DNA of 64,000 nt from an uncultured Chlamydiae bacterium (GCA_963754655.1 CAVWGN010000001.1:2912001-2976000), one strand, 5' to 3'. Shown: positions 30,968 through 43,053, counted from the stretch's first letter. Program-made: numbers and translations. Notes: generated from the letters alone by a model not told the origin.

Positions 30968-32759
30968 AAGAGAGCGCTTGTAATCTTTGTTTTAAATGAT
31001 TCACTTCTGTTTTCAATTCAGATGGCAAATGCTGGCCAAACAAAGTAAAATATTGATGAATTTCCTCTACTTCCTGCAGCCATTCCGCACGATCAACTGC
31101 AAAGAGTTGCTCCATTGCCTCCGGCGATAGGTGTAATCCTTGGGTGTCAATTGCTCCTTCTTCTGGAAGAAAGCCAATGGGAGTTTTCACAGCATGTGGA
31201 CTTCCCGATGTCCGTTCGAAAATCCATTTTAACACACGACTATTTTCGCCAAATCCTGGCCAAAGATAATCGTTATTTTTTCCTTTTTTAAACCAATTGA
31301 CAGAATAAATCCTAGGCAATTGAGAGGTGGCATGCTTTTTTCCTAAATTTATCCAATGTCTAAAATAATCACCCATGTGATAGCCGCAAAAAGGGAGCAT
31401 GGCAAAGGGATCGTGTCGAAGCTGTCCTACTTTCCCAACCGCTGCTGCTGTCGTTTCAGAAGAAATTGTCGCTCCCAAAAAAGTTCCATGCTGCCAATTA
31501 AAGGCTTCGCACACAAGAGGAACTGTCGAAGCTCGCCTGCCACCAAACAAAATAGCCGAAATAGGAACTCCTGCTGGATCTTCCCAAGCGGGATCCATAA
31601 CTGGACATTGCGAGGCAGGAATGGTGAAACGTGAATTGGGATGCGCTGCTTTTTCTCCAGACTGAGGGCTCCAATCATGTCCTAACCAGTTAATGGCATG
31701 CGCAGGAGGAGTTTTTGTCATTTCTTCCCACCACACATCTTCTTCATCAGTCAAGGCAACATTTGTAAAAATCCCATTGTGAGTGAGAGTGCGCATCGCA
31801 TTAGGATTTGAATGCATTGAAGTTCCAGGAGCAACTCCAAAAAAGCCGGCTTCGGGATTAATGGCATACAATTTGCCATCTTCTCCGAACCTCATCCAAG
31901 CAATATCATCTCCCACGGTTTCAACTTTCCAACCTGGCAAGGTTGGAGTCAACATAGCAAGATTGGTCTTGCCGCAGGAACTTGGAAAGGCCGCAGCAAA
32001 ATATTTTTTCTCTCCCTGAGGATTAGTCACTCCCATGATTAACATATGTTCAGCCAACCAGCCTTCATCGCGCGCCATAACTGAAGCAATGCGCAAGGCA
32101 TAGCACTTTTTGCCCAATAGGGCATTGCCGCCGTAGCCGCTGCCATAGGACCAAATTTCACGTGTTTCAGGAAAATGAACAATATATTTATCTTGGTTAT
32201 TGCAAGGCCAAGGCACATCAATTTGTCCCTCTATTAATGGCATGCCAACAGAATGCAAGCAGGGAACGAAATCATGGCTCTTAACTAATTCCCATACCTC
32301 TTTACCCATGCGCGTCATCAAGCGCATGTTGCAGACAACATAAGGTGAATCAGTCAATTCTACTCCTAAGCCAGATAAAGGTGACCCCAAAGGTCCCATG
32401 CTAAAAGGAATGACATATAACGTACGACCCCGCATACAGCCCTTAAACAAGCTCTTAAGCAGCTGTTTCATTTCATTCGGATCGCGCCAATGATTAGTGG
32501 GACCCGCCTCTTCCGCTGTTCTGGAACAAATAAAAGTGCGATTTTCCACACGTGCAACATCTTGAGGATCGGAGCGACTCAGGAAACTATGGGGACGGAG
32601 TTGAGGATTTAAAGGAATCAAAGTTCCCTGCTGTACCATTTTCTGACACAATTGATCATATTCTTGCAAGGAGCCATCACAATAATGCACTTCCTGCGGC
32701 TGGCAAAGCGCAACAACATCACTAACCCATTGTTTTAATAGTTGGTGCTGCATAGCCAA
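30939..32759 (-). CDS. pckA: PEP carboxykinase (GTP)
   Basis: [39 protein letters not shown]. Confidence 0.96.
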   Translation of the reverse strand: MAMQHQLLKQWVSDVVALCQPQEVHYCDGSLQEYDQLCQKMVQQGTLIPLNPQLRPHSFLSRSDPQDVARVENRTFICSRTAEEAGPTNHWRDPNEMKQLLKSLFKGCMRGRTLYVIPFSMGPLGSPLSGLGVELTDSPYVVCNMRLMTRMGKEVWELVKSHDFVPCLHSVGMPLIEGQIDVPWPCNNQDKYIVHFPETREIWSYGSGYGGNALLGKKCYALRIASVMARDEGWLAEHMLIMGVTNPQGEKKYFAAAFPSSCGKTNLAMLTPTLPGWKVETVGDDIAWMRFGEDGKLYAINPEAGFFGVAPGTSMHSNPNAMRTLTHNGIFTNVALTDEEDVWWEEMTKTPPAHAINWLGHDWSPQSGEKAAHPNSRFTIPASQCPVMDPAWEDPAGVPISAILFGGRRASTVPLVCEAFNWQHGTFLGATISSETTAAAVGKVGQLRHDPFAMLPFCGYHMGDYFRHWINLGKKHATSQLPRIYSVNWFKKGKNNDYLWPGFGENSRVLKWIFERTSGSPHAVKTPIGFLPEEGAIDTQGLHLSPEAMEQLFAVDRAEWLQEVEEIHQYFTLFGQHLPSELKTEVNHLKQRLQALSYDIRSHAIY

Positions 32760-32767
32760 CTCCTGAT

Positions 32768-33856
32768 TTAAAGAGATTTACGCTTTTTAAATTTATCAAG
32801 ATATTCTAAGGCCTTGCCTGTTCCCAAGCAAACAGCCAACAAGGGATTAGGCGCGACAATGACAGGCAATCCTGTTTCTTTGATGAGTGCCTTGTCAAAC
32901 CCTTTGATCAAAGCCCCTCCGCCTGCTAGCACCATGCCACGCTCAACAAGATCGGCAGCAAGCTCGGGAGGACATTTTTCTAACGTCAATTTCACGCTTT
33001 CTACGATTTGCTGAATAGGCTCAGCTAGACATTCGCGAATTTCGACGGAATTGATGCGCTTTGTGACGGGCAAACCGGCCACTTGATCGCGTCCACGCAC
33101 CTCCATTTCCAATTCATTTCCCAATGGATAAGCCGAGCCAATGCTGATCTTGATTTCTTCCGCCGTCCGCGGTCCAATCATGAGGTTATAAGTGCGACGC
33201 ATGTAGTTGATAATGCACTCATCAAATTCATCACCTGCAATGCGCAAAGAACGTGATTCGACAATTCCACCCAGCGACAAGATAGCAATTTCTGTGGTTC
33301 CGCCGCCAATATCGATAATCATGCTGGCACATGCTTCGTGAACGGGAAGATCCACTCCAATAGCCGCAGCCATGGGCTCTTCGATGAGGAAAACCTCTTG
33401 TGCGCCGGCATGTAAGGCAGAATCTTCAACCGCTCGTTTTTCAACGCCAGTAATTCCGGAGGGGACAGCAATCAAAATTTTGGGGCGGAAAAGGCTGCGA
33501 GAAGGAGTGACTCTTTTGATTAAAGCTTTGAGCATACCCTCCGCAATTTCAAAATCAGCAATGACACCATCTTTCATAGGGCGGACAGCATGAATTTTAC
33601 GTGGAGTTTTACCTAACATAGCCTTGGCCTTATGTCCAACAGCTAACACCTCATTGGTTGTGGAATCGACAGCGACAACAGAAGGCTCTGCCAAAACAAT
33701 TCCTTTGCCTCTGACAAAGACCAACGTGTTAGCAGTTCCAAGGTCAATGCCAATGTCGTTTGAAAACACGCCTCGAAAACGATTAAGCTGTCCAAAAGCC
33801 AAGTGGCTAAGATAGTTAAAGGCTCCTTTAAGGCTGATTTGCTGTTTTTTACTCAT
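32768..33856 (-). CDS. mreB: MreB
   Basis: [32 protein letters not shown]. Confidence 0.97.
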   Translation of the reverse strand: MSKKQQISLKGAFNYLSHLAFGQLNRFRGVFSNDIGIDLGTANTLVFVRGKGIVLAEPSVVAVDSTTNEVLAVGHKAKAMLGKTPRKIHAVRPMKDGVIADFEIAEGMLKALIKRVTPSRSLFRPKILIAVPSGITGVEKRAVEDSALHAGAQEVFLIEEPMAAAIGVDLPVHEACASMIIDIGGGTTEIAILSLGGIVESRSLRIAGDEFDECIINYMRRTYNLMIGPRTAEEIKISIGSAYPLGNELEMEVRGRDQVAGLPVTKRINSVEIRECLAEPIQQIVESVKLTLEKCPPELAADLVERGMVLAGGGALIKGFDKALIKETGLPVIVAPNPLLAVCLGTGKALEYLDKFKKRKSL

Positions 33857-33948
33857 TTTAATCTCTTATTTCTCTTTTTCTTCTAATGTGATTCTGTTCT
33901 TTCCTTTTATTTAGATGCTATATGCAGAGCTAACTAAAAGCCATTCAA

Positions 33949-34146
33949 GCATGCAATGTCGGCAACTTAAAGAAATGTGTTGTTGATAAGCAGCATGAGC
34001 TACCTCTACTCATTAAGCTAAGAGATGAGGTTAGGCTAAGCGTTTCTCTTGCGCATAGAGAGTAGTAAAGGGAACATACTGCCGAAACCTGCGGATCTAG
34101 CGCCACTTATCATCAATGAATGTCTTTAAGTTAGTGACATGCATAC
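33949..34146. ncRNA. Candidate ~200-nt rod-like structured RNA or mreB leader
   Basis: ~46-bp imperfect terminal stem, asymmetric bubble and inner stem, folded by eye. Confidence 0.4.
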
Positions 34147-34234
34147 TAACCCATCTATTTAAATATTGTTATTACAATTTTATTTCTGACGCTTATATGC
34201 CTAAAACAGGCTTTCAGATAAAAGTATCGGCTAG

Positions 34235-37200
34235 TTACGTCTGCAACAATTCCAATACTTCTTCCCATGTGAGCTTTGCCATCATGTCTTCATCGCGGCT
34301 GATGATTTCTTTGACCAAACCTCTCTTACGCTTATGCAATTCCAAAATCTTTTCTTCAATAGTGTTGAGCGTAATGAGTTTATAAGAGGAAACTGAATTC
34401 TTTTGTCCTAGGCGATGAACGCGGTCTGTCGCTTGATTTTCCACTGCGGGATTCCACCACATATCATAGTGAATGACTGTATCGGCACCCACCAAATTGA
34501 GCCCAGATCCTCCTGCCTTCAAAGAGACCAAGAAAATAGGAATATTGGAATCTTCATTGAATTTCTTCACAATACTTAGGCGATTTTTGCTCGAGCCATC
34601 CAAATATTCAAAGCGGATTCCCTGTTTTTGCAAATCTTCGCGCATGATATTGAGCATGCGCGTATATTGGCTAAAAATCACCGTCTTATGACGCCCTTCC
34701 ATTAACGTCTGCAAGAGCTCGAGCAACATGTCATATTTAGATGAATCGCCGCTTTCCGCTTGATCCTTAGCAAAAATGGCTGGATGACAGCAAATTTGCT
34801 TTAAACGCGTCAACGTGGCTAAAACATGAATCTGAACGCGATCAAACCCTTCTTTTTTAACCAATTGTGATAATTCTTCACGCGCTGAAGCAGCATAAGA
34901 CCGATAGAGCTCTTGCTGAATCTCCGATAAATGGCAGTGATAAACAATCTCAGAGACTGGCGGCAAATCAGACAAAACATCTTTTTTCATGCGACGCAAA
35001 ATAAAGGGAGCCACTTTACGGCGCAAGTTTTCCAAATTTTTGTTCGCTTGCTGTGTGGTAGGGAAACGAATATATTTTTCCAGAAAGCGATCATAGGAAC
35101 TCAATAGGCCGGGCATTAGGAAATCAAATAAACTCCACAGCTCATCTAATGAATTCTCAATTGGCGTTCCTGTAAGAATTAAGCGATGTGCTGCTTGGAT
35201 CATTTTCACCGATTGCGCATTGCGTGTTCCTCTGTTTTTAATATGCTGGGCTTCATCCAAAATGGCATAGCCAAAAGGAATCATTTTGTAAAACTCAATA
35301 TCTTTTTGCAAGAGTGTATACGAAGTAATGATGACATCAACTTCTTCAATTACGCTCAAAAGTTTTTTGCGTTGGGTAGGATTCCCATCCACAGCCAACA
35401 CTTTAAGATTAGGGTTGAACTTAGAGAATTCTTCTTTCCAATTGTAAACTAACGAAGTGGGACAAATGACAATGGAAGGCTGTTTGGAATTTTCCTGTTT
35501 ATATTGAGTTAATATTGTAATGGCTTGGAGGGTTTTCCCAAATCCCATGTCATCTGCCAAAATGCCATTTAAATGCATTCGACGGAGCCGATCAAGCCAA
35601 CGAATGCCATCGACCTGATAATTGCGCAAAGACGCTTGAATAGCAGAGGGAATTTCGCAATGCTCATAAGGAATTTGCCCTAGCATTTGCTGCTGAATCT
35701 TTTGTAATTTAGGGGTAATGAAGAACTGAATGGGCAATCCAGCAAATTGCTCGATATCCAAACTTGCCAAACTCCATAATGGACGCTGTTCCACATGAGT
35801 GTCCAAACGATTAATGCCCATTTCATCTAAAATTTGCACAACGGGAGCCAGTTTGTCGAGATCGAGCACCAAAATTTTGTGCGGCGCTTTAGGATCCTCT
35901 GATTTCGTTTTGCGCTTTCCAGATTTTTTTTCAGATAGTTCAATGAAGGCGCGCTTAGAAGATAAGCAATCCCATAATAAATCAACTGTTACTCCCTGTA
36001 AATAGCCATCAACCTGAATCTCCACTTCATATAAATCGACTCGCGCAGTTTCACGTAGAGTGAGTTTAAACACAGAGTCATCGTAAATAAATTGATCAAG
36101 AAGATTTTCAGGACAATTGAATTTGACGCGATGTTGATAAGCCGGAATGATTTCCGTCATGAATTCTACAATTTTTTTATCATTTTTGGCAGAGTAGACG
36201 CCTTGTCCTGGATCATACACAAAATCTTGAAAAAGATTATCGATAATTTTCTGTTCCTCTGTTAAGTTGCGAGCTAAAATTCCTTCAGAGGTAACGAAAG
36301 TCGAAATATGATTCACTGTTAGCTGTGAAGAGGCCGCTGGAACTTTGACTTTGCCATAAACAAAATGCAGGGAAGCCTCAAGTTCACCATTCAAATAATG
36401 AATATCGCATTCAGCCGCTACACGTTCTACAAAGGGCAGCGTCACAAAGCAATCAATAATTTCTTTATTGGAAATTTCAGCAAAACGACTTAATTCTGAA
36501 AGGGAATTTTCAACAAATGTTCCAAAAAGAGGCTCTGGGATAGTCATATTGCGGATAGCGGCAAGGTGACGCAAATGCTTGCGCTTAATATTGGATTGAA
36601 AGCAGTAATAGACATTTTGGAAAATCATTCCCGGCTTGGCGCATTCAAATAACAAGGCTTCTTCGCAAACAACAACTCGATTTTGCAAGACAATTTGAGG
36701 CTTAAGTAAAATTTTGGGAGTGGGGATTTCTAGATAGTTTAATTCGAAGCGCAAAGTCGCGGGGGTCATAGACATGCGCAAGGGTTCTTCAATAGTTCCA
36801 CAATAAATGCAGGGCAAAGCAAAAGGCTCCATTTTCTGTTCGTTAAATGGAACAGGGGAAGTCAAGCGAGCCTCAGCAATGGCATAAGAAACAGCTAAAA
36901 GAGTTCCAAAAGCTTCGGTATCGATAAAAGTTGTACGCTGCTGTTTATCGTTTTTGATTTCTGGAAAACGGGCAAAGTCGATGATGAGTTTGAGAATTTG
37001 GGAACTTGCTTCATCAAAGGAGTTCATAGAAAAGAAATACCGTTTGCTTCCTATGTAAATCGCTTCATTATAGCGCACGGCATCTAAGAAAGTTTTAATC
37101 TGTAAAATATTGAGTGATTTTGAGCGGAAAGGCAAACGTAAAGCCAGTTGAATTTCAATTTGGGGGGCATCTGTTTTAGATTGTCCCATGCTATAAACAA

Positions 37201-37729
37201 CCGCTAATTCGGCTTTATCTTGTGTTAATTCCTCTTCAGGGTGAAAAAATGACGATTGTCCAAGCAGCTGAGAAGCATAGATGTATTCTTCCAATAATTC
37301 TTTCAAAAATTTTTTATCTTGCCTTGCATGCTCTTTTGTTGCTGCTTCTTTAAAGGTTTCAAGCAAATGAGCTTTTTCTTGATCGTCTACAGGCATTGCT
37401 TTTTCTAAATCTGCTTCTTTAGAATAGGTAACTAACAGTTCATGGTAATGAGATTCTAAGTAAAAAAGAACAGCCGCTAGATGTTGACAATCATATTTAT
37501 AGGAGCAATCGCAATCTGAATCAATGATGACTGATTCATTTCGATCAATTTCCAATTCTGACTCATAGCAATTTTCAAAATTTCCCATCACACGGCAGCT
37601 AAAGCGTACGCAATCGGCCTTTAGCTTAATAATTTTTGTAGAGACCACCATTTTTTTATCATAAAGGGCTTTACCTTCTTTTAAAATGGAGGGTGAAAAA
37701 TCATGTTTTAGCTTGCGAAAATTTAACAT
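34235..37729 (-). CDS. SWIM-finger SNF2 helicase
   Basis: CDC...CQH SWIM; ADDMGFGKT, DEAQ, TGTPIEN, QATDRVHRLGQ. Confidence 0.95.
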   Translation of the reverse strand: MLNFRKLKHDFSPSILKEGKALYDKKMVVSTKIIKLKADCVRFSCRVMGNFENCYESELEIDRNESVIIDSDCDCSYKYDCQHLAAVLFYLESHYHELLVTYSKEADLEKAMPVDDQEKAHLLETFKEAATKEHARQDKKFLKELLEEYIYASQLLGQSSFFHPEEELTQDKAELAVVYSMGQSKTDAPQIEIQLALRLPFRSKSLNILQIKTFLDAVRYNEAIYIGSKRYFFSMNSFDEASSQILKLIIDFARFPEIKNDKQQRTTFIDTEAFGTLLAVSYAIAEARLTSPVPFNEQKMEPFALPCIYCGTIEEPLRMSMTPATLRFELNYLEIPTPKILLKPQIVLQNRVVVCEEALLFECAKPGMIFQNVYYCFQSNIKRKHLRHLAAIRNMTIPEPLFGTFVENSLSELSRFAEISNKEIIDCFVTLPFVERVAAECDIHYLNGELEASLHFVYGKVKVPAASSQLTVNHISTFVTSEGILARNLTEEQKIIDNLFQDFVYDPGQGVYSAKNDKKIVEFMTEIIPAYQHRVKFNCPENLLDQFIYDDSVFKLTLRETARVDLYEVEIQVDGYLQGVTVDLLWDCLSSKRAFIELSEKKSGKRKTKSEDPKAPHKILVLDLDKLAPVVQILDEMGINRLDTHVEQRPLWSLASLDIEQFAGLPIQFFITPKLQKIQQQMLGQIPYEHCEIPSAIQASLRNYQVDGIRWLDRLRRMHLNGILADDMGFGKTLQAITILTQYKQENSKQPSIVICPTSLVYNWKEEFSKFNPNLKVLAVDGNPTQRKKLLSVIEEVDVIITSYTLLQKDIEFYKMIPFGYAILDEAQHIKNRGTRNAQSVKMIQAAHRLILTGTPIENSLDELWSLFDFLMPGLLSSYDRFLEKYIRFPTTQQANKNLENLRRKVAPFILRRMKKDVLSDLPPVSEIVYHCHLSEIQQELYRSYAASAREELSQLVKKEGFDRVQIHVLATLTRLKQICCHPAIFAKDQAESGDSSKYDMLLELLQTLMEGRHKTVIFSQYTRMLNIMREDLQKQGIRFEYLDGSSKNRLSIVKKFNEDSNIPIFLVSLKAGGSGLNLVGADTVIHYDMWWNPAVENQATDRVHRLGQKNSVSSYKLITLNTIEEKILELHKRKRGLVKEIISRDEDMMAKLTWEEVLELLQT

Positions 37730-38009
37730 TTGACTCTCAAAGTAATCTTAACATTGATTATTGATAAAATTCACAGAAGAGCAGATCTTTTGACTCTCCT
37801 TTTACTTGTTTTGTTAGAATAACACAATAAAAAGCATCCTTAAAAAGCATCCTTACTACCTATTTGGAAATGACTAAAAGAATCTAAGAGACATCCCATG
37901 GTGTTTGACTCCTTTAAGTTCTTTGCCCCCTTTCTATTTGAAATCAAATTCCGCTTGCTGAAAATATTCTCTGCCTATTATAGTTATTCGTTCCTAAGAT
38001 ATCCAATCT

Positions 38010-38082
38010 GCGGGTGTAGCTCAGTTGGTAGAGCGTCACCTTCCCAAGGTGAATGTCGTGAGTTCGAGCCTCATCACCCGCT
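38010..38082 (+). tRNA. tRNA-Gly(CCC)
   Basis: GCGGGTGTAGCTCAG...TCACCTTCCCAAGGTGA...TCACCCGCT. Confidence 0.95.
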
Positions 38083-38102
38083 CAAGAGATATCTAGTTTA
38101 TT

Positions 38103-38174
38103 GCGGGCGTAGCTCAGTGGTAGAGCATCACGTTGCCAACGTGAGGGTCGTGAGTTCAAGCCTCATCGCCCGCT
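38103..38174 (+). tRNA. tRNA-Gly(GCC)
   Basis: Anticodon arm TCACG-TTGCCAA-CGTGA. Confidence 0.95.
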
Positions 38175-38191
38175 ATTATCTTCAATCTCAT

Positions 38192-38263
38192 GCGGGTGTA
38201 GCTCAGTGGTAGAGCATCACGTTGCCAACGTGAGGGTCGTGAGTTCAAGCCTCATCACCCGCT
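38192..38263 (+). tRNA. tRNA-Gly(GCC), second copy
   Basis: As the previous tRNA except one acceptor-stem pair. Confidence 0.95.
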
Positions 38264-38288
38264 AATTAATTAGAAAAGAGGGGTTTTT

Positions 38289-39614
38289 GTGTCAACTCAA
38301 GAGACAGAGCACGATGCTAATTCTACATTTAACACTGATCATCTTAGCGTATTAGTCACAAAAAAACCTCATTGTCAAGTTAAATTCGAGATTCGGGTGA
38401 AGCCCGAAGCGATCGAAGCGGTTTATCATAAAGCTCTCAAAAATATTAATAAAGAAGTGATGATTCCTGGATTCCGTAAAGGTCGCGCGCCAGAATCTCT
38501 GATTGTTGAGAAATACCAATCCTCAATCCAAAAAGAATTTGTCGATATCGCTTTACAAACAGCTTTTAATGAAGCCATTCATTTGACTCATTTGCATCCT
38601 TTAAAAGATGGTAAGATTAAACGCCCTGTTGTCATTGAATGCAGCCGTGAAACAGGAGGACATTTTGTCATTGAATTTGAATCGCGTCCTGTCATTCCAA
38701 CCGTTAGATTTGAAGATTTGCAGATTCCACAACCTCCCTCTGCTCCCATTACAAATCAGGAAAAGCAGAACGCTCTTCACAATTTGTTGCTACAATTTGC
38801 CACCTATGACCCTATTGAAAACCGCCCTGTCCAAGAAGAAGACTTTATCAATGTGAGTGTTGTGATTTTAGAAGATCCTCCTCGCGAGGTCATTCACAAT
38901 CAACGGACACAAGTCAACTCAAAGGGCCTTCCTTCTTGGCTACTCCAAAAAGTGATTGGTCTAAATGTAGGTGAAAGTGCTGAAGGAATGACGGAACAAG
39001 ATCTTCATCTGACGGAACCCGATCCCAACTTTCAATCCCTTCCTTTCCGCGTCACTGTGAATGCTATTTGGCAAGGCCATCTTCCTGCAGTCGATGAAGA
39101 GCTGGCTAAACGCGTTGGCCTGCAATCTGTAGAGGATTTGCATAAAAAGATTGATGAACGCCTCGAACAAGAAACGCAAGAGGAAGCCTATCAATTCAAG
39201 ATTCAAGCTCTTGAACAGCGTCTTGTAGAAAAATATCCCGTCGACCTTCCTCAATCGTATATCGATACCAATAAAGAAGTACGATTAGAGACCTATCTTC
39301 AGAAATTAGAAGAGCAACAACGCGTTTATTCAGAAGAAGAATATCGTCAAATTGAAAACACAATAGAACAAAGTACCCTCTTTCATTTACAGGTTTTCTT
39401 TCTCTTGCGCAAAATCGCTGCTGATCACAACATCACTGTTGAAAACCATGACATTGCGCAAGAATTAACGCACCAAGTCGCTCTCATGTCCCGCGGACAA
39501 GGCAATCTTGATTTTGCAGGCGATCGAAAAGAACTAGAAGAGCAATTATATAGGCTCGCCCTTGATCGCAAAATTAAACAATTTTTGCTCGATCATATCA
39601 CTTTCGAGGAATAG
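38289..39614 (+). CDS. tig: Trigger factor
   Basis: IPGFRKGRAP; upstream of clpP-clpX. Confidence 0.93.
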   Translation: MSTQETEHDANSTFNTDHLSVLVTKKPHCQVKFEIRVKPEAIEAVYHKALKNINKEVMIPGFRKGRAPESLIVEKYQSSIQKEFVDIALQTAFNEAIHLTHLHPLKDGKIKRPVVIECSRETGGHFVIEFESRPVIPTVRFEDLQIPQPPSAPITNQEKQNALHNLLLQFATYDPIENRPVQEEDFINVSVVILEDPPREVIHNQRTQVNSKGLPSWLLQKVIGLNVGESAEGMTEQDLHLTEPDPNFQSLPFRVTVNAIWQGHLPAVDEELAKRVGLQSVEDLHKKIDERLEQETQEEAYQFKIQALEQRLVEKYPVDLPQSYIDTNKEVRLETYLQKLEEQQRVYSEEEYRQIENTIEQSTLFHLQVFFLLRKIAADHNITVENHDIAQELTHQVALMSRGQGNLDFAGDRKELEEQLYRLALDRKIKQFLLDHITFEE

Positions 39615-39811
39615 AAATTTTCTTATTCTCTCTCTATAGAGCTTAGCGAATGAGGCAAGGAGATAGAGCGATTATGAGGCAATAGAAGAATTGCAGGTAA
39701 GCTCTTTTAATTTCCTACTGTTTACCTTAATGTCTTACCTCCCACTTGCTAAATTCCCTTAAATCCTTTATTCTATAACAAAAGCCCTAATGATTTTAAC
39801 AAAGGATTGCT

Positions 39812-40435
39812 ATGTCACAACAGCCTTATCCAAGACCCCAACTTTCCTTGACACCTTATGTGATTGAAGACACAGGACGGGGCGAACGTTCAATGGATAT
39901 TTATTCTCGTCTATTAAAAGATCGTATTATTTTTATTGGAACTGAAATCACTGATCATGTTGCCAACGTTGTTGTCGCTCAGCTTCTCTTTCTTAAAATG
40001 GAAGATCCTAAGAAAGATGTGCATATTTACATCAATTCTTTAGGCGGTTACATCACATCGGGTCTTGCCATTTTTGATACCATGCAATACCTAGGATGTA
40101 ACATTAATACTTATTGCATTGGACAAGCTTCTTCTGTGGGCGCTCTTTTATTGACAGCGGGCACAAAAGGTAAACGTTTCGCGCTGCCTAATAGTCGGAT
40201 GATGATTCATCAACCCTATGGTGGAGTCGGAGGAACATCAGCAGATGTGGCTCTTCAAGCTAAAGAAATTTTAGAGCTTAAAAGGCTTTTAAATCAAATC
40301 ATGGCCGATTGTACGGGACAACCTTTAGAAAGAATTAGCATTGATTCAGAGCGTGATTTTTACATGAGCCCTCAAGTAGCTAAAAATTATGGTTTGATTG
40401 ATGATGTTATTATCCCGAAAAAAAAGCCAGTATGA
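39812..40435 (+). CDS. clpP: ClpP protease subunit (ClpP2-type)
   Basis: [13 protein letters not shown]; Ser, His (IHQP) and Asp (ERD) retained. Confidence 0.95.
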   Translation: MSQQPYPRPQLSLTPYVIEDTGRGERSMDIYSRLLKDRIIFIGTEITDHVANVVVAQLLFLKMEDPKKDVHIYINSLGGYITSGLAIFDTMQYLGCNINTYCIGQASSVGALLLTAGTKGKRFALPNSRMMIHQPYGGVGGTSADVALQAKEILELKRLLNQIMADCTGQPLERISIDSERDFYMSPQVAKNYGLIDDVIIPKKKPV

Positions 40436-40556
40436 TATAATATTCTTAAATCATTTGTTATGATTAAAATATTATCATAATCAGCTTTATAAATTATGTA
40501 AATTAGCTGCGGTTTTTGTCTTATATTCAATTTTTAACCTTTGGGATGGCCAATCC

Positions 40557-41801
40557 ATGAGTAAAAAATCTTTAACAAATAAAGATCTTGCTAGCTGTTC
40601 TTTCTGTGGGCGAACACAAGAAGCGGTCGAAAAATTAATTTCTGGGCCTAATGTTTACATTTGTGATAAATGCATTCGCCTTTGTACTGGAATTTTAGAT
40701 AAGAAAGCTCCTACAAATTATGAATTTAAAATTTTAAAACCCAAAGAAATCAAACAAAGATTGGATGAATATATCATTGGGCAGGAAAATGCCAAGAAGA
40801 CAATTGCTGTTGCTGTTTATAATCACTACAAGCGCATTCGGTCCAAAAGTAAAGAGGCGCAGCCAGTAGAATTTAGCAAATCCAATGTGCTTTTATTTGG
40901 TCCAACAGGTTCAGGCAAAACCCTTATAGCCAAAACATTAGCGTCTATTCTTGATGTTCCTTTTACCATTGCTGATGCTACCACTCTAACAGAGGCGGGC
41001 TATGTGGGAGAAGATGTTGAAAACATCATTTTGCGACTTCTGCAGGCAGCAGATTACGATGTCGCCAAAGCTGAACAAGGCATTATTTATATCGATGAAA
41101 TTGATAAAATTAATCGCACAACGGCTAATGTTTCCATTACGCGCGATGTTTCGGGAGAAGGCGTGCAACAAGCCCTGCTCAAAATTGTTGAGGGAACAAT
41201 TGCCAATGTTCCTCCGAAGGGAGGACGCAAACACCCCAATCAAGAGTATATCAAAGTCAACACAGAAAATATTCTCTTTATGGTGGGAGGCGCCTTTGTC
41301 AATCTCGAAAAAATTATTGCCAAACGCTTAGGACGAGGAACCATTGGATTTGATAGCTCAAATCGTGAGGTCATTGATCCTACCCAAAAAAGCTTGCTGC
41401 TTTCAAAAGTTGAACCAGAAGATCTGATTCAATTTGGCATGATTCCGGAATTTGTCGGTCGATTTAACAGTATTGCCAATTGTAATGAATTGACCCTAGC
41501 AGATCTCACCTGTATTTTAACTGAGCCTAAAAACGCTATTATCAAGCAATTCATTGCCATGTTTGAAGCGGAAGGCGTCAAATTGCAATTTACAGAGGAA
41601 GCTTTAGCTGCGATTGCTCAACGAGCAATTGAGGCGGGAACAGGTGCACGGGCACTGCGCCTCATCTTAGAAAATCTTATGCGCGAGCTCATGTTTGAAG
41701 TTCCCTCTGATGAGACCATCAGCGAAATTTTAATTGAAAAAGAAACAGTAACAGAAAAAAAACTCGCTATTATCAAACGTACAGATCAAAAAATTGCCTA
41801 A
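40557..41801 (+). CDS. clpX: ClpX ATPase
   Basis: C4 zinc finger, [17 protein letters not shown] loop. Confidence 0.97.
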   Translation: MSKKSLTNKDLASCSFCGRTQEAVEKLISGPNVYICDKCIRLCTGILDKKAPTNYEFKILKPKEIKQRLDEYIIGQENAKKTIAVAVYNHYKRIRSKSKEAQPVEFSKSNVLLFGPTGSGKTLIAKTLASILDVPFTIADATTLTEAGYVGEDVENIILRLLQAADYDVAKAEQGIIYIDEIDKINRTTANVSITRDVSGEGVQQALLKIVEGTIANVPPKGGRKHPNQEYIKVNTENILFMVGGAFVNLEKIIAKRLGRGTIGFDSSNREVIDPTQKSLLLSKVEPEDLIQFGMIPEFVGRFNSIANCNELTLADLTCILTEPKNAIIKQFIAMFEAEGVKLQFTEEALAAIAQRAIEAGTGARALRLILENLMRELMFEVPSDETISEILIEKETVTEKKLAIIKRTDQKIA

Positions 41802-41898
41802 AGCAACATTTAGCGACCTGTCCTATGCGATGGGCGCGCGCCTTAAAAAGGCTAGCGCCCTTAGACTCTTTTCCTTTATGTTTTGCTAATATTCATTC

Positions 41899-42819
41899 AT
41901 GGCTAAGCTTATGGTTGAAATTAGGCGCTCTTCCCTTGCTCCATCTGAGCTTGCTCAATCATCTAATTATCTTCCTCTTATCAGGCCTTCTATTCTCCCT
42001 TTCCTCCAAAATTCCTCTTCTATTGGGCAATGGATTGCTATCGAAGCTCGTTTAAATGAAGAACTTGTGGGACTGACACTTTCAGAAGTCTACAACGATG
42101 GTTGGAAACAGATTGCTCAACTTTATTCCTTCATCGTCCATCCTCACCATCGCCAACAAGGCATTGGCCGCCAACTTTTTTCTTTTACACAAGAGTGGCT
42201 AATTAAAGAAGAAAACATCCTCTCTTTTGAATTTTTCTATACGCAGGAAGATCCTTTTACACCTGCCGTAGAAAAAATTTTGGCATTCAATGGCTGGATA
42301 CCTGCTAAAACTCTCTTACTTTGTTGTCATTTTGATTTCTATGCTTTTAATCCTTCATGGATTCACTATCCTTACCGACTTCCTCCTTCACTAAAGTTTT
42401 TCTCATGGAAAGATCTACTTCCCGAAGATAGACAATATATTGAGTATTTAGCTTCTCAAGGAAGATTTGTTCCTTCTCTTTATCCATTTAGAAATGAAGC
42501 ACTTATTGATATGGAAACAAGTGTAGGGTTGCGTCAAGGAAATCGTGTCATGGGTTGGAGTATCACTCAGCGTCCTAATCCCTCAACCATTTGTTATTCC
42601 ATTCTCTATATTGATAGCGACTTGTTGCATACGGGTTGTGGAATCCAACTCCTGGTAGAGTCTATCCGCCGCCACAAAACATTGCCTATTCCGAATGCTA
42701 CCCTAGAAATCAATGTCAAAGAAATCGATCCCTCTTGGTGGCGTTTCATCAAAAAAAGACTCTTACCTGTTGCCCGCAAAGTCGACCGTATTAAACATGC
42801 TATTAAAGTTTTTATTTAA
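41899..42819 (+). CDS. GNAT acetyltransferase, probably tandem domains
   Basis: VHPHHRQQGIGRQL; degenerate second motif LHTGCGIQL. Confidence 0.85.
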   Translation: MAKLMVEIRRSSLAPSELAQSSNYLPLIRPSILPFLQNSSSIGQWIAIEARLNEELVGLTLSEVYNDGWKQIAQLYSFIVHPHHRQQGIGRQLFSFTQEWLIKEENILSFEFFYTQEDPFTPAVEKILAFNGWIPAKTLLLCCHFDFYAFNPSWIHYPYRLPPSLKFFSWKDLLPEDRQYIEYLASQGRFVPSLYPFRNEALIDMETSVGLRQGNRVMGWSITQRPNPSTICYSILYIDSDLLHTGCGIQLLVESIRRHKTLPIPNATLEINVKEIDPSWWRFIKKRLLPVARKVDRIKHAIKVFI

Positions 42820-43053
42820 TCTTTGCAAATGGAAGGATGTCCTCCTTTGGGGAACAATCAATATTTTCATGAGATCCCACAAGCTGCGCTGCGCTTGGGC
42901 TGTGGGCTAAAAATAGAATGACGCAAGCGCCTAAGTTAGCATTTATCTTACACACCAAGGCTAGGGTGTTAATTTTGTGCAAAAAATGAGCTTTATTTTT
43001 CACAATAATTGGCATAGTTGAATTGAAGGTCGCATGTTTATGCCGTCCTTTCA

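Noticed and set aside
35525..35560. SNF2 Walker A MGFGKT instead of MGLGKT
   Set aside because: Conservative change; GKT and the other helicase motifs are intact.
37898..38212. 104-aa ORF (also 9727-10020)
   Set aside because: These overlap tRNA genes.
40030..40145. ClpP with NSLGG and QASSVG instead of NSPGG and QAASMG, possibly inactive
   Set aside because: Catalytic Ser, His and Asp are retained, so there is no basis for calling it ClpR-like.
42860..42940. CCCACA...TGTGGG hairpin before element A copy 3
   Set aside because: Looks like a degenerate REP remnant but is single-copy here, so no family can be defined.
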